This document shows, one piece after another, positions 1 through 9,232 of a stretch of 64,000 nucleotides of DNA (positions are counted from its first letter, which is position 1; each line of letters begins with the position of its first letter). The DNA is from Anaerolineales bacterium (GTDB taxonomy: Bacteria > Chloroflexota > Anaerolineae > Anaerolineales > UBA11858). The DNA lies in the NCBI GenBank assembly GCA_016785015.1, contig JADHTJ010000004.1:16142-80141 (forward strand), given 5' to 3'. The notes beneath the pieces are model-generated. The model was not told the DNA's origin, searched no databases, and saw nothing but the letters and a program-made list of their open reading frames with translations. A program made the position numbers and the translations under genes.

Positions 1-469
1 CGCTCTGCGGAGTCAGGCCCAGGTGTCCCATCACTGGGATACCAGCCCCCACAATGGCACGGATCGCATCAACTCGCTCGCGACCACCCTCGAGCTTGAC
101 AGCGTCCATCCCAGCCTCTTGCAGGAATCGCCCGGCATTTCGCACGGCATCTGCCACATCCGCCTGATAGGACATAAAGGGCATATCTCCTACCAACAAT
201 GCAAATGTCGCGCCACGTGCCGCAGCCCGGCAGTGATGCAGCATATCTTCCATCGTGACAGGTAACGTATTCTCATACCCCAAAACGACCATACCCAATG
301 AATCGCCTACAAGAATGGAATCAATCTCCGCCTGGTCGATTGCCAGGGCGGTTGGATAATCATAAGCCGTCAGCATACTGATCGGCTCACCGCGCTCCTT
401 TTTCAAACGCAACGAACGCGAGGTTATTTTTTTACGTATTTGCGGGGAATCAGTCGGTATAGTGGACAA
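1..469 (-). CDS. panB: 3-methyl-2-oxobutanoate hydroxymethyltransferase (ketopantoate hydroxymethyltransferase); N-terminal part only, gene runs off the left edge
   Basis: Not in the ORF track because it has no stop inside the window. My reverse-strand translation from TTG (469-467), with AGGAGG 5 nt upstream, reads [86 protein letters not shown]...GDMPFMSYQ, which is the typical PanB N-terminal half. The + strand ORF 23..265 is its antisense shadow. Confidence 0.85.
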   Translation of the reverse strand, partial: MSTIPTDSPQIRKKITSRSLRLKKERGEPISMLTAYDYPTALAIDQAEIDSILVGDSLGMVVLGYENTLPVTMEDMLHHCRAAARGATFALLVGDMPFMSYQADVADAVRNAGRFLQEAGMDAVKLEGGRERVDAIRAIVGAGIPVMGHLGLTPQS

Positions 470-593
470 GGTACCCTCCTTCTGGTAGGGGCCTGATACA
501 GTGAATGGTAATCAGAAAACAGTTTTCATTAATCCGTCCCGGTCGCGCGAAGCAATCCAGGCGGTGGAGTAATTATGCCGTAAAGGGGGTAAA

Positions 594-642
594 GTGACAA
601 GTTGCAAGTGACAAGTTGCAACTTGCAAGTTTGCAGGTGGCA
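594..642. repeat. heptanucleotide tandem array (GTGACAA GTTGCAA GTGACAA GTTGCAA CTTGCAA GTTTGCA GGTGGCA)
   Basis: Read directly from the sequence. It is a 14-mer duplicated exactly and then decaying, and it contains the perfect 14-nt palindrome caagttgcaacttg. It lies between the add stop and the panB start. Confidence 0.8.
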
Positions 643-665
643 AAAATCGCAAGGTTTGAGTAGGC

Positions 666-1661
666 TTATTTTTTCTTGGCGATCAATTCAGCTTTTTCCT
701 GCTCAGAGAGGAAGGCAACTTCGAGGGCGTTGCGCTGCGCCTGATGGATTTGTTCGACTGAAAGTCCCGCGGCTGGTGCAGCGACTTCGTATTCGTAAGG
801 CAGGTCGATATCACTGATGCCGGGGTCATCGGTATTAATCGTGGCCAGCAAGCCGTGTTCAATGAAGGCTTTCATAGGGTGACTGGGCAAATCTGCCACG
901 GTCATGGTTTGTACGTTACTGGTCAGGTTAGCTTCAATCCCTATGCGCTTTTCAGCTAAATAATCCATTAATTTTGGATCCTGGATGGCGCTGACCCCAT
1001 GACCAATGCGAGAGGCACCCAGTCCATCCAGGGCCTGCCAGATGCTCTCCGGTCCGGCTGATTCGCCCGCGTGAGCCGTGATTTGCCAACCAGCGTTGCG
1101 CGCCCGATTAATATGCTCGACAAATAATTCCCCCGGGAAATTGGCTTCATCGCCCGCAAGATCAAGCGCTACAATGTGATCCTTTTGAGATAGTAGTGCA
1201 TCCAATTCCTGTATACCCACCTCGGCTCCATAAGTCCGGCTTATGATGCCGATCAGATTTACCTTGAGATCAAATTCACGTCGTCCCTGCTGAATGCCTT
1301 CGACCACTGCCTCCACAACCCCAGCAGGATCCAGCTTCCCAGGCTCAGACATAAACCAGGGGCTGCAGCGCAACTCCACACAATCCAAGCCTTCGCGCAA
1401 AGCATCGGCGACATTTTCATAGGCAATGCGACGGCAGGCATCATAATCGACCAGCACACCAACCATCCACTCAAACTTCTCAAGAAAAGCCATTACACCT
1501 GGCTGGGGTTCCATGACTTGTACATGTGGACGCAAACCTTCCACATCCCAGGCTGGCAAGGGCAAGTTGTGCTGACGCCCAAGATCAAGGATGGTTTCTA
1601 GGCGAACGCTGCCATCGAGATGGCGATGTAAATCGATAAGAGGAAATTTCGGATCAATCAT
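666..1661 (-). CDS. add: adenosine deaminase
   Basis: 331-aa ORF with adenosine/AMP-deaminase metal-site motifs: DLHRHLDGS near the N-terminus, ITAHAGE, and [10 protein letters not shown] near the C-terminus. Confidence 0.9.
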   Translation of the reverse strand: MIDPKFPLIDLHRHLDGSVRLETILDLGRQHNLPLPAWDVEGLRPHVQVMEPQPGVMAFLEKFEWMVGVLVDYDACRRIAYENVADALREGLDCVELRCSPWFMSEPGKLDPAGVVEAVVEGIQQGRREFDLKVNLIGIISRTYGAEVGIQELDALLSQKDHIVALDLAGDEANFPGELFVEHINRARNAGWQITAHAGESAGPESIWQALDGLGASRIGHGVSAIQDPKLMDYLAEKRIGIEANLTSNVQTMTVADLPSHPMKAFIEHGLLATINTDDPGISDIDLPYEYEVAAPAAGLSVEQIHQAQRNALEVAFLSEQEKAELIAKKK

Positions 1662-1672
1662 AGTGCACTCAT

Positions 1673-3106
1673 TTATGGCAAATTGAATTTAGATGTCCAA
1701 TCATTCCCGATGATGATTTCAACATCAAAGGGATGCGCGGGGTCATATTTATAAGAAATATAACGCCCCTCAATTCCAAGAAGCGAAACTACATATTGAA
1801 CGGTATATGGGCGACCTGAATGATCGATCACCGTTGTATAAGTATGGCTTTCATTGGCATTGCGAACTTCAATGATTCGGGCTCCCTGAGAAGTTAGATA
1901 ATTTCCTGTGCGTCTGGCAATATTAGGATCGCTGCTGCCATTTTGTACTGAGATACTGGCGCCTTCTAATGACATACGCTCCTGATCGTTTCCTGGGGTG
2001 AGAGGGCCAAGCACGCCCGAAGTGGCAAATATCTCATCCCGCAAAACGCGAATCTTGTCAGGATACGGAACCAGAACGCTCAATTCATCAGGTGACCAAC
2101 CAAAAGCTACGTGTCGGATATCAATCACATCATTGACAATGCTTCCATCTGGAACCTGTGCTGCCAAGACGGCCAGTTTGATCAATTCATCCAACTGCAT
2201 ATTGGTATTGACGCCGCCGACAAGTTCACGGTAAAGGGCGGGTGCTTTCTCGATCAACGTGGGCAGCATCTCAAAATCGATGATACGGTCACGAATGCCC
2301 AATATAACCTGCTGCTGCCGGCGGGCACGGCCAAAATCACCATCTCCTGTGCTGCGATTTCGGGCATAGGCCAGCGCCAAATCTCCAGGTAAAGTTTGAA
2401 CACCGGGCCGGATGATTTTGTTCTCGTCTCCAATGGGATCGACTTCAATCTGATCGGGGATATCAAGTTTGACTCCACCTAATTCGTCAATGAAGCGCAC
2501 AAAAGCGCCAAAGTCAACTACGGCGTAATAGTGAATGGGCACACCGATGACCAACTCAACAGTTCTCACCGCTAAGCTCGGACCGCCGATAGCGTGTGCA
2601 GTATTGATCTTGGCATGAATATACCCGGGAATTCCCACCCAAAGATCTCGCGGTACCGAGAGCATCCCCGCCGTTTTGGTGACTGGATCTAAGGTCATCA
2701 ACATCATGGTATCAGAGCGAGCTGCACCTTCTCCGGCGATCCAATCGCGGTAATCCACACCCATCACCAAAATCGTGACACGCTCTTTGCCATCCCAGGA
2801 TGTTAGCGTCGCTTCTGGAAATTCAGTGCTCAACGGAGTCGGCAGAAAAGTAGGTTGACCAAGCTCCACTGTCAGAGATGGCACGCCTTCTATCGTTGCC
2901 GTTGGCGGTTGAAGAACGAGATCTGGGATCGATGTTGGTAAGGGCGGTGCCTGAAAAAGAACCAATTCCCTGGTAATCGCGAATAACGTCCCACCTACGA
3001 AAGCCATAACAATCAGTAATAGAATCCCCAGGATACAGCCTTGAATGATCTTCGGGCGCCCCCTGGGTGGTTTCGTAACTTCAGGATTCATTTTTTCGGA
3101 TTTCAT
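1673..3106 (-). CDS. LytR-CpsA-Psr (LCP) family glycopolymer-to-cell-wall phosphotransferase, membrane anchored, with LytR_C-like C-terminal domain
   Basis: 477 aa. It has an N-terminal TM anchor ([20 protein letters not shown]) and LCP core blocks ([67 protein letters not shown]). The C-terminal segment ([27 protein letters not shown]...) resembles LytR_C. Confidence 0.85.
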   Translation of the reverse strand: MKSEKMNPEVTKPPRGRPKIIQGCILGILLLIVMAFVGGTLFAITRELVLFQAPPLPTSIPDLVLQPPTATIEGVPSLTVELGQPTFLPTPLSTEFPEATLTSWDGKERVTILVMGVDYRDWIAGEGAARSDTMMLMTLDPVTKTAGMLSVPRDLWVGIPGYIHAKINTAHAIGGPSLAVRTVELVIGVPIHYYAVVDFGAFVRFIDELGGVKLDIPDQIEVDPIGDENKIIRPGVQTLPGDLALAYARNRSTGDGDFGRARRQQQVILGIRDRIIDFEMLPTLIEKAPALYRELVGGVNTNMQLDELIKLAVLAAQVPDGSIVNDVIDIRHVAFGWSPDELSVLVPYPDKIRVLRDEIFATSGVLGPLTPGNDQERMSLEGASISVQNGSSDPNIARRTGNYLTSQGARIIEVRNANESHTYTTVIDHSGRPYTVQYVVSLLGIEGRYISYKYDPAHPFDVEIIIGNDWTSKFNLP

Positions 3107-3109
3107 GAG

Positions 3110-4435
3110 CTAGGGTGTTGATGTCTCTGTGGGAATTTGGGTGAATGTCTCTGTGGGAGCCGGTATGGATGTAAAGGTATTCGTGGGCAGGGGAGTATAG
3201 GTTTCAGTTGGGGCAGGTGCAGATGTAAAAGTTTCTGTAGGAGAGGAAATGGTTGTTTCAGTCTCCGTAGGCGTTGGCGTTTCAGACGCCGCCAAAGTCG
3301 TTGGGGTTTCGCTTGGACCCGTGGTGAATGTCGCCGTTGGCAAGTTGGATGTGTTGGTTGGGGTAGGTGTACTCGTTAGCGAGGGGCCGATTGTGGGTGT
3401 AAATGTGATCGTTGCAGTGCCCGAAGGCGCGGGAGAAGGAGTAGGTGTCCAAGTTGGTGGTGAACAAATGTATGCGACTTGGGTGAGCGTTTGTGCCACT
3501 TCTTCCACTGGTCTGTATGCCAATGCCAGCTCATATTGAACTTGGGCCTCGCAATACATCTCCTCAGATGCCAATTGCTCTCCATAGTGAATTAACGACT
3601 GCCGATATCGCTCTCCAGCAGACCACCCCGAACCGTCGCGCAGGCCTGGTACCGCAGCCGCTATCTGGCCAAAATACCGCACCGCTTGTTCGGGGTAGGC
3701 TTCCCAATACCCTAAGGCTGAAAGGTAAAGCCTGGCCCAATCACGATAAACCGTAGCCTGATAATCTAACGGGCCAAACTTTTCAGACAGTGCGAGATCA
3801 TATATGCCCCCTTCCAAATCCCCTAAAATCAAGATCTTTTGTTCACCGCGATTTCGAAGCGCGGCAAACAAAACATCATCGACTTCAACAGCACGATAGT
3901 TTAATTCTTCATTACGCAGCACGACCAAGGCTTCGATGGCGCCATCCCAATCCCCAGCGCTCATCAGGGAACGAGCCCGGTTTAGGATCGAATCTGAACC
4001 ACTTAGATCCCTGGTTGGGGTGATTGTTATCGTTGGGGTGGGTGTAGATGTAGGAGGGATTGGAGTAAATGTCGCTGTTGCATTTTGAATAGCTAAAATC
4101 TCGCCCAACAGACTCCAAGCCAGGGGAAAATCATCGGGGGCAAAGGCTATCACATACTCAAATCGCTGCCGGGCAAGATCATAACGCCCAGCTTCGAAAT
4201 CTTGAACACCTAAGTCGAATTGCTCCTGAACGAGACTAGCCTCGCCCCCGCTCCCCCGTTCTGTTAGCTGCCGCTGGCCATCTTGGTATCCAGCCAGCGC
4301 GCCCAATGTTCCAGCAAAGGTCAAAAGCAGGGCAACAAGACAGCCATATAGCAATCGGATAGGAAAATCCTTTTTCACTGGCCGTCTTGGCTTAGGAGTT
4401 GGTTGGGTATCCATGAGAATTGATATTGCCTTCAA
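3110..4435 (-). CDS. membrane-anchored helical-repeat (TPR-like) protein with Thr/Pro-rich linker and tail; function unknown
   Basis: 441 aa. It has a basic N-terminus plus one TM (LLYGCLVALLLTFAGTLGALAG), a helical-repeat middle, a TPIPPTSTPTPTITITPT linker, and a ~110-aa C-terminal tail of degenerate PTETFTS/APAPTETYT repeats. No catalytic motif recognised. The start could be the internal Met at 4414. Confidence 0.6.
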   Translation of the reverse strand: MKAISILMDTQPTPKPRRPVKKDFPIRLLYGCLVALLLTFAGTLGALAGYQDGQRQLTERGSGGEASLVQEQFDLGVQDFEAGRYDLARQRFEYVIAFAPDDFPLAWSLLGEILAIQNATATFTPIPPTSTPTPTITITPTRDLSGSDSILNRARSLMSAGDWDGAIEALVVLRNEELNYRAVEVDDVLFAALRNRGEQKILILGDLEGGIYDLALSEKFGPLDYQATVYRDWARLYLSALGYWEAYPEQAVRYFGQIAAAVPGLRDGSGWSAGERYRQSLIHYGEQLASEEMYCEAQVQYELALAYRPVEEVAQTLTQVAYICSPPTWTPTPSPAPSGTATITFTPTIGPSLTSTPTPTNTSNLPTATFTTGPSETPTTLAASETPTPTETETTISSPTETFTSAPAPTETYTPLPTNTFTSIPAPTETFTQIPTETSTP

Positions 4436-4441
4436 TTGAAA

Positions 4442-4990
4442 TTATTTTTTACGTACGAACAGATGGACAACAGCACCTAAAACCGAGTACAAGATACCTA
4501 ATACAACAAAGATGAATTTGGGAGCCGCACACCAATAGGCGATCTGCGGCCAGGGATTAGCTGGCATATCAAACAGCATGACAACTAAAGCGATGTTTTC
4601 GACGACATCCAACAGGCCAGCGAGAAAAACCAACCAGGCCAGCGGCACTCCAACTGAAGCAAGTCCCCACCCTCTATCGAGTAACACCCCTAATGCCATA
4701 AGACATCCCAATGCAATCGCACCTGCATAGAATGGAATGAAGAGGAAGTCCAAGCCTTGCACAAAGGCAGCGCGTTCTCGCGCCACATTATCCCAACTGG
4801 CCAAGATCTTCTCCGCACCGGTCACATTCCCTGCAAATTCATAAGAGACAATGCCAGCAGGCGCGGCATCTGTAGTCAGAGGTATGCCAGCCAGATTCAA
4901 CGTAAGCATAATAAGTACAGTGAAAACAACCAAGGGCCAGAAATATCGACCTCGTCTTTCTCTCAGAATAGAAGAAAATGGATGATTCAT
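4442..4990 (-). CDS. small polytopic membrane protein, function unknown
   Basis: 182 aa with about 5 hydrophobic segments (e.g. FWPLVVFTVLIMLTLNLAGI, LDFLFIPFYAGAIALGCLMALGVLL, FIFVVLGILYSVLGAVVHLF). No family recognised. Confidence 0.6.
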   Translation of the reverse strand: MNHPFSSILRERRGRYFWPLVVFTVLIMLTLNLAGIPLTTDAAPAGIVSYEFAGNVTGAEKILASWDNVARERAAFVQGLDFLFIPFYAGAIALGCLMALGVLLDRGWGLASVGVPLAWLVFLAGLLDVVENIALVVMLFDMPANPWPQIAYWCAAPKFIFVVLGILYSVLGAVVHLFVRKK

Positions 4991-5060
4991 AAGTTTCTCT
5001 TCGCAAACTCAATTTGTCAATTATAATATCAAGTGCAAGCAATCAACGAATTATCAAAAA

Positions 5061-5169
5061 GGGTCTCTAGGAATCGCCGTGGTAAGGGGCCACATTTGGG
5101 GGTAGGGGCGTGCTCTGCACACCCCCTACCCCCAAATGTGAGGTCTCTCACGGTAATTCCCGTAGAACC
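5061..5169. repeat. palindromic intergenic repeat, family A copy 1 (~109 bp)
   Basis: gggtctctaggaatcgccgtggtaaggggccacatttgggggtaggggcgtgctctgcacaccccctacccccaaatgtgaggtctctcacggtaattcccgtagaacc. The inner stem is catttgggggtagggg / cccctacccccaaatg. The outer stem is ggaatcgccgtg / cacggtaattcc. It is about 90% identical to the reverse complement of 14903..15012. Confidence 0.85.
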
Positions 5170-5187
5170 ATCAAAAAGGAGAAATCT

Positions 5188-5400
5188 ATGAAGCGGGCTA
5201 TGAATTTTCTTTTTGGGTTTACCATCGGCGCTGTGGTCGGTGCAGCGATCTCTTTGTTGCTGACGCCATCATCGGGTGATCAGATACGCGACCAACTCCA
5301 GACACGCGTTCAGACGATCCAACAAGATGTCAAAACAGCTGCGGAAGCTCGCCGGGCCGAACTCGAGGAACAACTGGCAGCACTACGCCAAACCCAATAA
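5188..5400 (+). CDS. YtxH domain-containing protein
   Basis: I placed the start at ATG 5188 (MKRAMNFLFGFTIGAVVGAAISLLLTPSSGDQIRDQLQ...), preceded by AAAGGAG at 5175-5181. The hydrophobic N-terminal helix followed by a charged helical tail is the YtxH pattern. The track's longer start at 5110 lies inside repeat element A1 and is rejected. Confidence 0.75.
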   Translation: MKRAMNFLFGFTIGAVVGAAISLLLTPSSGDQIRDQLQTRVQTIQQDVKTAAEARRAELEEQLAALRQTQ

Positions 5401-5410
5401 GAATTCGATC

Positions 5411-5470
5411 AAACAAAAACATGACACACTCCGAATTTAATATTCTGGATGTGTCATGTTTGATTTATTT
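5411..5470. terminator. bidirectional intrinsic terminator between convergent ytxH-like gene and metallopeptidase gene
   Basis: aaacatgacacactccgaat ttaat attctggatgtgtcatgttt forms a ~19-bp stem with two single-nt bulges. It is flanked by an A-run (caaacaaaaac) upstream and a T-run (gatttattt) downstream, so it is U-tailed on both strands. Confidence 0.7.
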
Positions 5471-5487
5471 GGATAGAGTCTGTCTTT

Positions 5488-7569
5488 TTATTGGGTAATC
5501 TCAAAGCGGTAGGCAGCCTTCTGACGAGTATAGCGCGTTGTTCCCGTGACAACCAAAATTACTTCATCAACATCATCGCTAATTTCAAGAGGGATATCAG
5601 CCACATTGTCAGCACTCAGCTCAATGAATTCGACCTCTGTGCGATCGCCAACTTTGATCAAGGCTAATCGATAGGTCTGCGGCAAGATATTACGGATGCG
5701 TACAAAGCCAGCTGCCTCCCAGCCGCCAGAATCAGCTTCGAAGTCGGCAAAATAATCCACTTCAGAAACTGCAATATCATCAAGCAAGAGACCTTCCCCA
5801 TTGACTGCCGCATCAGTGATATATTCAAAGCGGAGCTGTACTTCTTGGCCGCTGTACTGAGATATATCCACGATTTCTTGAATCCAATGTCCATCTCCGC
5901 CTGAGAGGCCGTTGTAGCCCCAACCAAAACTATTCCCCGAGGGGTCTTCTGGTGTACCCGAAGGTGTGGTGAGAATTTGCCAATTCTCGCCATCGATTGA
6001 AGCCTCGAGATATACGTAATCATAATCTTCTTCGAGATCGTACCAGGTCCAGTAGGTCAGGGTTAGCGGACCAAGATGCTCACTGAAATCGAAGCTGCGG
6101 GTTAGAGTGATGTCTGATTCATCGCCTTTGTTAGACCAAAATGCGTACGCGCCTGAATAAGCTTCTTGGGGAAATACGCCCACTTGAACCGAGCCCTCGA
6201 AGTGCAAATTATATGTGCCAGCGCAGGCAATGCGAATGTAATCCACGCCGTATTGATGCACATCCCTGGTCAAAGATTCGGTCGGGCAGGAATAGATGCT
6301 CTCTGTGGGAGATGTGGTTGGAGATGCGGGATAGTTCTTGTAATTATAGCGACCATCCGCAACAGAGGGATCATCTATATAGGTAGCCAAGACCCAATCT
6401 AAGAATAAATCATCTGCCAGAATGGGCTTTCCAATCAAAGGGTCGGAGATATTCATTTCATTTAGCACGGCATCAACACTGGCCAGGCCATTTTCCGGGT
6501 GAGCGACCAAGGCTTTTGTGGCATCATCCCCAAAACGATCTAAGAAATAATCGACAAAGAGGAAAGACGCTCCGTAGTGAGGTGTGGTTGCTCCAGAATC
6601 ATTGGGCCAATCATTGAGCTGAATGTCAGGGTCACTGGTATACAAATAATCAAATCCGCCAACATCATAGCCATTGATATGCGATGCCAGCTCTGAGAAG
6701 CCTTCGTTTAGCCAGGAAGACTCATTACGATCGCCATACCAATGGATCATGTGTTGAAATTCGTGTGCCAGCACGCCGAGAGTGAATTCCCCAGTTAGAT
6801 GCAGATTATCAGAATTCAATACAAAAGCTTCGTGGGCATTGGAGTATTCATGAGCAAGGGGATGGTTCTCGTCTGCCGATGAGTAGTAGCCAGCCAACCC
6901 AAAACCCAGGTCATCGGCAAAGATAATATAGAGATGTGGATCGCCATCAACACCAGGGGACCATTCACTGCCGAAGAATTCGCGGTTGGTGGGGTAAATT
7001 TTCGCTTCGAAAGTCTCTACTAATTCAGCCAGATCATCTTTATCAAAAGAAATCCCATCTTCAATCCAAAAGTAAACATGGTCGGTGACATATTGCAGCG
7101 TGACATCAATCTGTGAATTCTCATTGGTGTCGACATTGGTAACCCACATGATATCTTTATCTCCCACCTGCAGAGGAAAAACTGGCGCGTCCACGGTGAG
7201 GGGGATATTCTCCCGGCCCTGAAGGCGTTTAGCCAAATCCCTAAGGTCATTTGGTGGAATGACTGCGTCTTCCAATGTGCGCAATGTATCCACTGGAACG
7301 GGGCCGTTTCCTGGGTATTCTACTTGAGGAGGAGTGCCATCTTCACCAACTGCAGGCTGTTCTGTAGGCTGAAGCGAAGGCCGTAAAACGATAGGGGTTT
7401 CTGTCGGTGGCCCAAGTTCCACATCCCAAGACACGTCGCCATCTTGAAAGAATTGAACAGCCAATCCCCCTGCAGCGACAAGCACAAAGCACATGCAACA
7501 ACATAGGAGCGTTGATACCAAAATAACCAAAATTACTATCAGAGTTTTATTCATATTCACTGTTTCCAA
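5488..7569 (-). CDS. membrane-anchored zinc metallopeptidase (gluzincin / peptidase-MA-like)
   Basis: 693 aa. It has an N-terminal TM (LIVILVILVSTLLCCCMCFVLVAAGG). The motif VLAHEFQHMIHWYGDRNESSWLNEGFSELA gives HExxH plus a downstream NEGF glutamate, as in MA-clan gluzincins. The large C-terminal region has no assigned family. Confidence 0.7.
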   Translation of the reverse strand: METVNMNKTLIVILVILVSTLLCCCMCFVLVAAGGLAVQFFQDGDVSWDVELGPPTETPIVLRPSLQPTEQPAVGEDGTPPQVEYPGNGPVPVDTLRTLEDAVIPPNDLRDLAKRLQGRENIPLTVDAPVFPLQVGDKDIMWVTNVDTNENSQIDVTLQYVTDHVYFWIEDGISFDKDDLAELVETFEAKIYPTNREFFGSEWSPGVDGDPHLYIIFADDLGFGLAGYYSSADENHPLAHEYSNAHEAFVLNSDNLHLTGEFTLGVLAHEFQHMIHWYGDRNESSWLNEGFSELASHINGYDVGGFDYLYTSDPDIQLNDWPNDSGATTPHYGASFLFVDYFLDRFGDDATKALVAHPENGLASVDAVLNEMNISDPLIGKPILADDLFLDWVLATYIDDPSVADGRYNYKNYPASPTTSPTESIYSCPTESLTRDVHQYGVDYIRIACAGTYNLHFEGSVQVGVFPQEAYSGAYAFWSNKGDESDITLTRSFDFSEHLGPLTLTYWTWYDLEEDYDYVYLEASIDGENWQILTTPSGTPEDPSGNSFGWGYNGLSGGDGHWIQEIVDISQYSGQEVQLRFEYITDAAVNGEGLLLDDIAVSEVDYFADFEADSGGWEAAGFVRIRNILPQTYRLALIKVGDRTEVEFIELSADNVADIPLEISDDVDEVILVVTGTTRYTRQKAAYRFEITQ

Positions 7570-7600
7570 TTATCAAAATTTTACTGTACACAAATTAGCG

Positions 7601-9232
7601 TTACTTTAGAAGTTCATTATGTATCAAAGCCAGCCCAAACTCATTTTGGTAGAAAATACTGTAACCATCCAACTGATTTTGATATGCATCCCCATAGAAT
7701 TGCTGCCAGGCAAGCATATCACCAGGATCAACAGCACTTTCAACAACATCGGGTTTGATAAACTCGATAACATAGGCCATCTCGAGCAAGAGCAAATCAG
7801 GCTGATGCTGGTTGACATAATCATACGATGCCAATTTCCACTTCATCAGAATATCATAATTGGGCTTTGGAGGCACATACGCGGTCGGGTCGCGGTAGAT
7901 TTTCAACGGTTGTTTGTCAATATTTTGTTCGACCAAAAGCTGCTCGATATCATGGTAGAAAGCGATACTCTCCGAGCGTTCTTCGCGATGTAGGATATCA
8001 GTATAGATTTGGATATCTTTCTGGATATAAATTCCAAATTGGATTAGAAGCAGGATCATCACACCAACTGGAAAGAGGAGCTGATTCACTTTTTGAAGAG
8101 TAAACTGTCTCCAAACATCTTTCCCAAAAGAAATGCGCTCTGGAAAGAGGTGCACTAAACTCGACCCGAGGGGGATTATCAATGGTAAAAAGTAGAGTGG
8201 CCTGATCGACGATGTGCCCACGGTAAAGAGATACGGCAAGATATACATCAAGATCATCACATTGAGCAATCTAAATCGAGGGCTAGTGATTCCTTTGACA
8301 AGTCCCAAGAGCATGATAATCAGCGTGAACCAATGAGCATAGAAGGGCCAGACAATACGATTGATCTTCTCAGCAGTCAAATTCCAGTCAGGATTGACTG
8401 TGTAATATCCTGTGCGAGTTTGCACAAACTGAAGTTGCTGAGTCGCAATTATCTCTGCTCTTTCCTGCGGCACAAGCAGCAAGGGATTTGAGATTACCAA
8501 ACCCAAGATCATTACGATGACGAAAGAAATCGCTAAGATAAATGCACGTTGAAGAACTATTTTTTTCGCAGCAACACCCCAAACGAGATATACAGGAATA
8601 GCTAAAACAAAAAATGCGCCCGAATACTTGACGCTAAAGGCAATTCCACAAATGAATGCAGCAATGTAGAAGCACTTTCCATAATTGAAAGCATCTTTGT
8701 CTATGAAGAAAAAGATCAGCACTACAAGGAGGATTGCTAAACTATCCGGGTGCCACCAAAAATTATTCTGAATCACCGCGGGGATGGCCAACAAAAATAA
8801 TACTGTCCCCAAAGCTTTGAAGAGAGATTTGCGCCTGGCCTGAAGTTCTACCATCAAGGCTACAGAAACGATCATCGGCAGCACGCTGACCAACTGTCGC
8901 AAAAGCAGCATGAGCACAGAGATATTATTGCCCCAATCGGCCCCTGCTAACAATCGATATGAAAACACCATTAACGCTGAAAAGAAATAGAATGGATAGC
9001 CGTAAAAATAATGCAGATAAACGAAGAAACGCCGTAGAGCATCATAAAGGGAATCTCCAGATTTCAACATGCGCACCACATGATTTATCTGAGCGAACTC
9101 ATCCTTCTCGAAGATGGATAACATGTTGATATCTTTCGCGCCAGTGAAATTGGGAAAAATCATCAATGTAAAATAGATGATCCCTATTACGACAATGCCG
9201 AGTAGTGCTTTTCTTTCAGTCGGTATTTTCAT
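7601..9232 (-). CDS. large polytopic membrane protein, GT-C (ArnT/PMT/YfhO-like) glycosyltransferase candidate
   Basis: About 543 aa from ATG 9232 (MKIPTERKALLGIVVIGIIYF...). The longer track start at 9340 would overlap the upstream gene by 125 nt. It has more than 10 hydrophobic segments, an acidic first loop (FEKDEFAQ) and a soluble C-terminal ~130 aa. The family call rests on architecture only. Confidence 0.45.
   Translation of the reverse strand: MKIPTERKALLGIVVIGIIYFTLMIFPNFTGAKDINMLSIFEKDEFAQINHVVRMLKSGDSLYDALRRFFVYLHYFYGYPFYFFSALMVFSYRLLAGADWGNNISVLMLLLRQLVSVLPMIVSVALMVELQARRKSLFKALGTVLFLLAIPAVIQNNFWWHPDSLAILLVVLIFFFIDKDAFNYGKCFYIAAFICGIAFSVKYSGAFFVLAIPVYLVWGVAAKKIVLQRAFILAISFVIVMILGLVISNPLLLVPQERAEIIATQQLQFVQTRTGYYTVNPDWNLTAEKINRIVWPFYAHWFTLIIMLLGLVKGITSPRFRLLNVMILMYILPYLFTVGTSSIRPLYFLPLIIPLGSSLVHLFPERISFGKDVWRQFTLQKVNQLLFPVGVMILLLIQFGIYIQKDIQIYTDILHREERSESIAFYHDIEQLLVEQNIDKQPLKIYRDPTAYVPPKPNYDILMKWKLASYDYVNQHQPDLLLLEMAYVIEFIKPDVVESAVDPGDMLAWQQFYGDAYQNQLDGYSIFYQNEFGLALIHNELLK

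Noticed and set aside
23-265. 80-aa plus-strand ORF at the left edge
   Set aside because: It is antisense to a reading frame that translates as a textbook PanB N-terminal half, and its own sequence has no recognisable features. I treat it as a shadow ORF.
5641-5648. GCGATCGC (HIP1-like) octamers at 5641, about 11540 and about 18450 as a hint of cyanobacterial origin, together with the STRR-like heptads
   Set aside because: Three copies in 64 kb is close to chance expectation. HIP1-rich cyanobacteria carry roughly one per kb. This is not enough to assign taxonomy.
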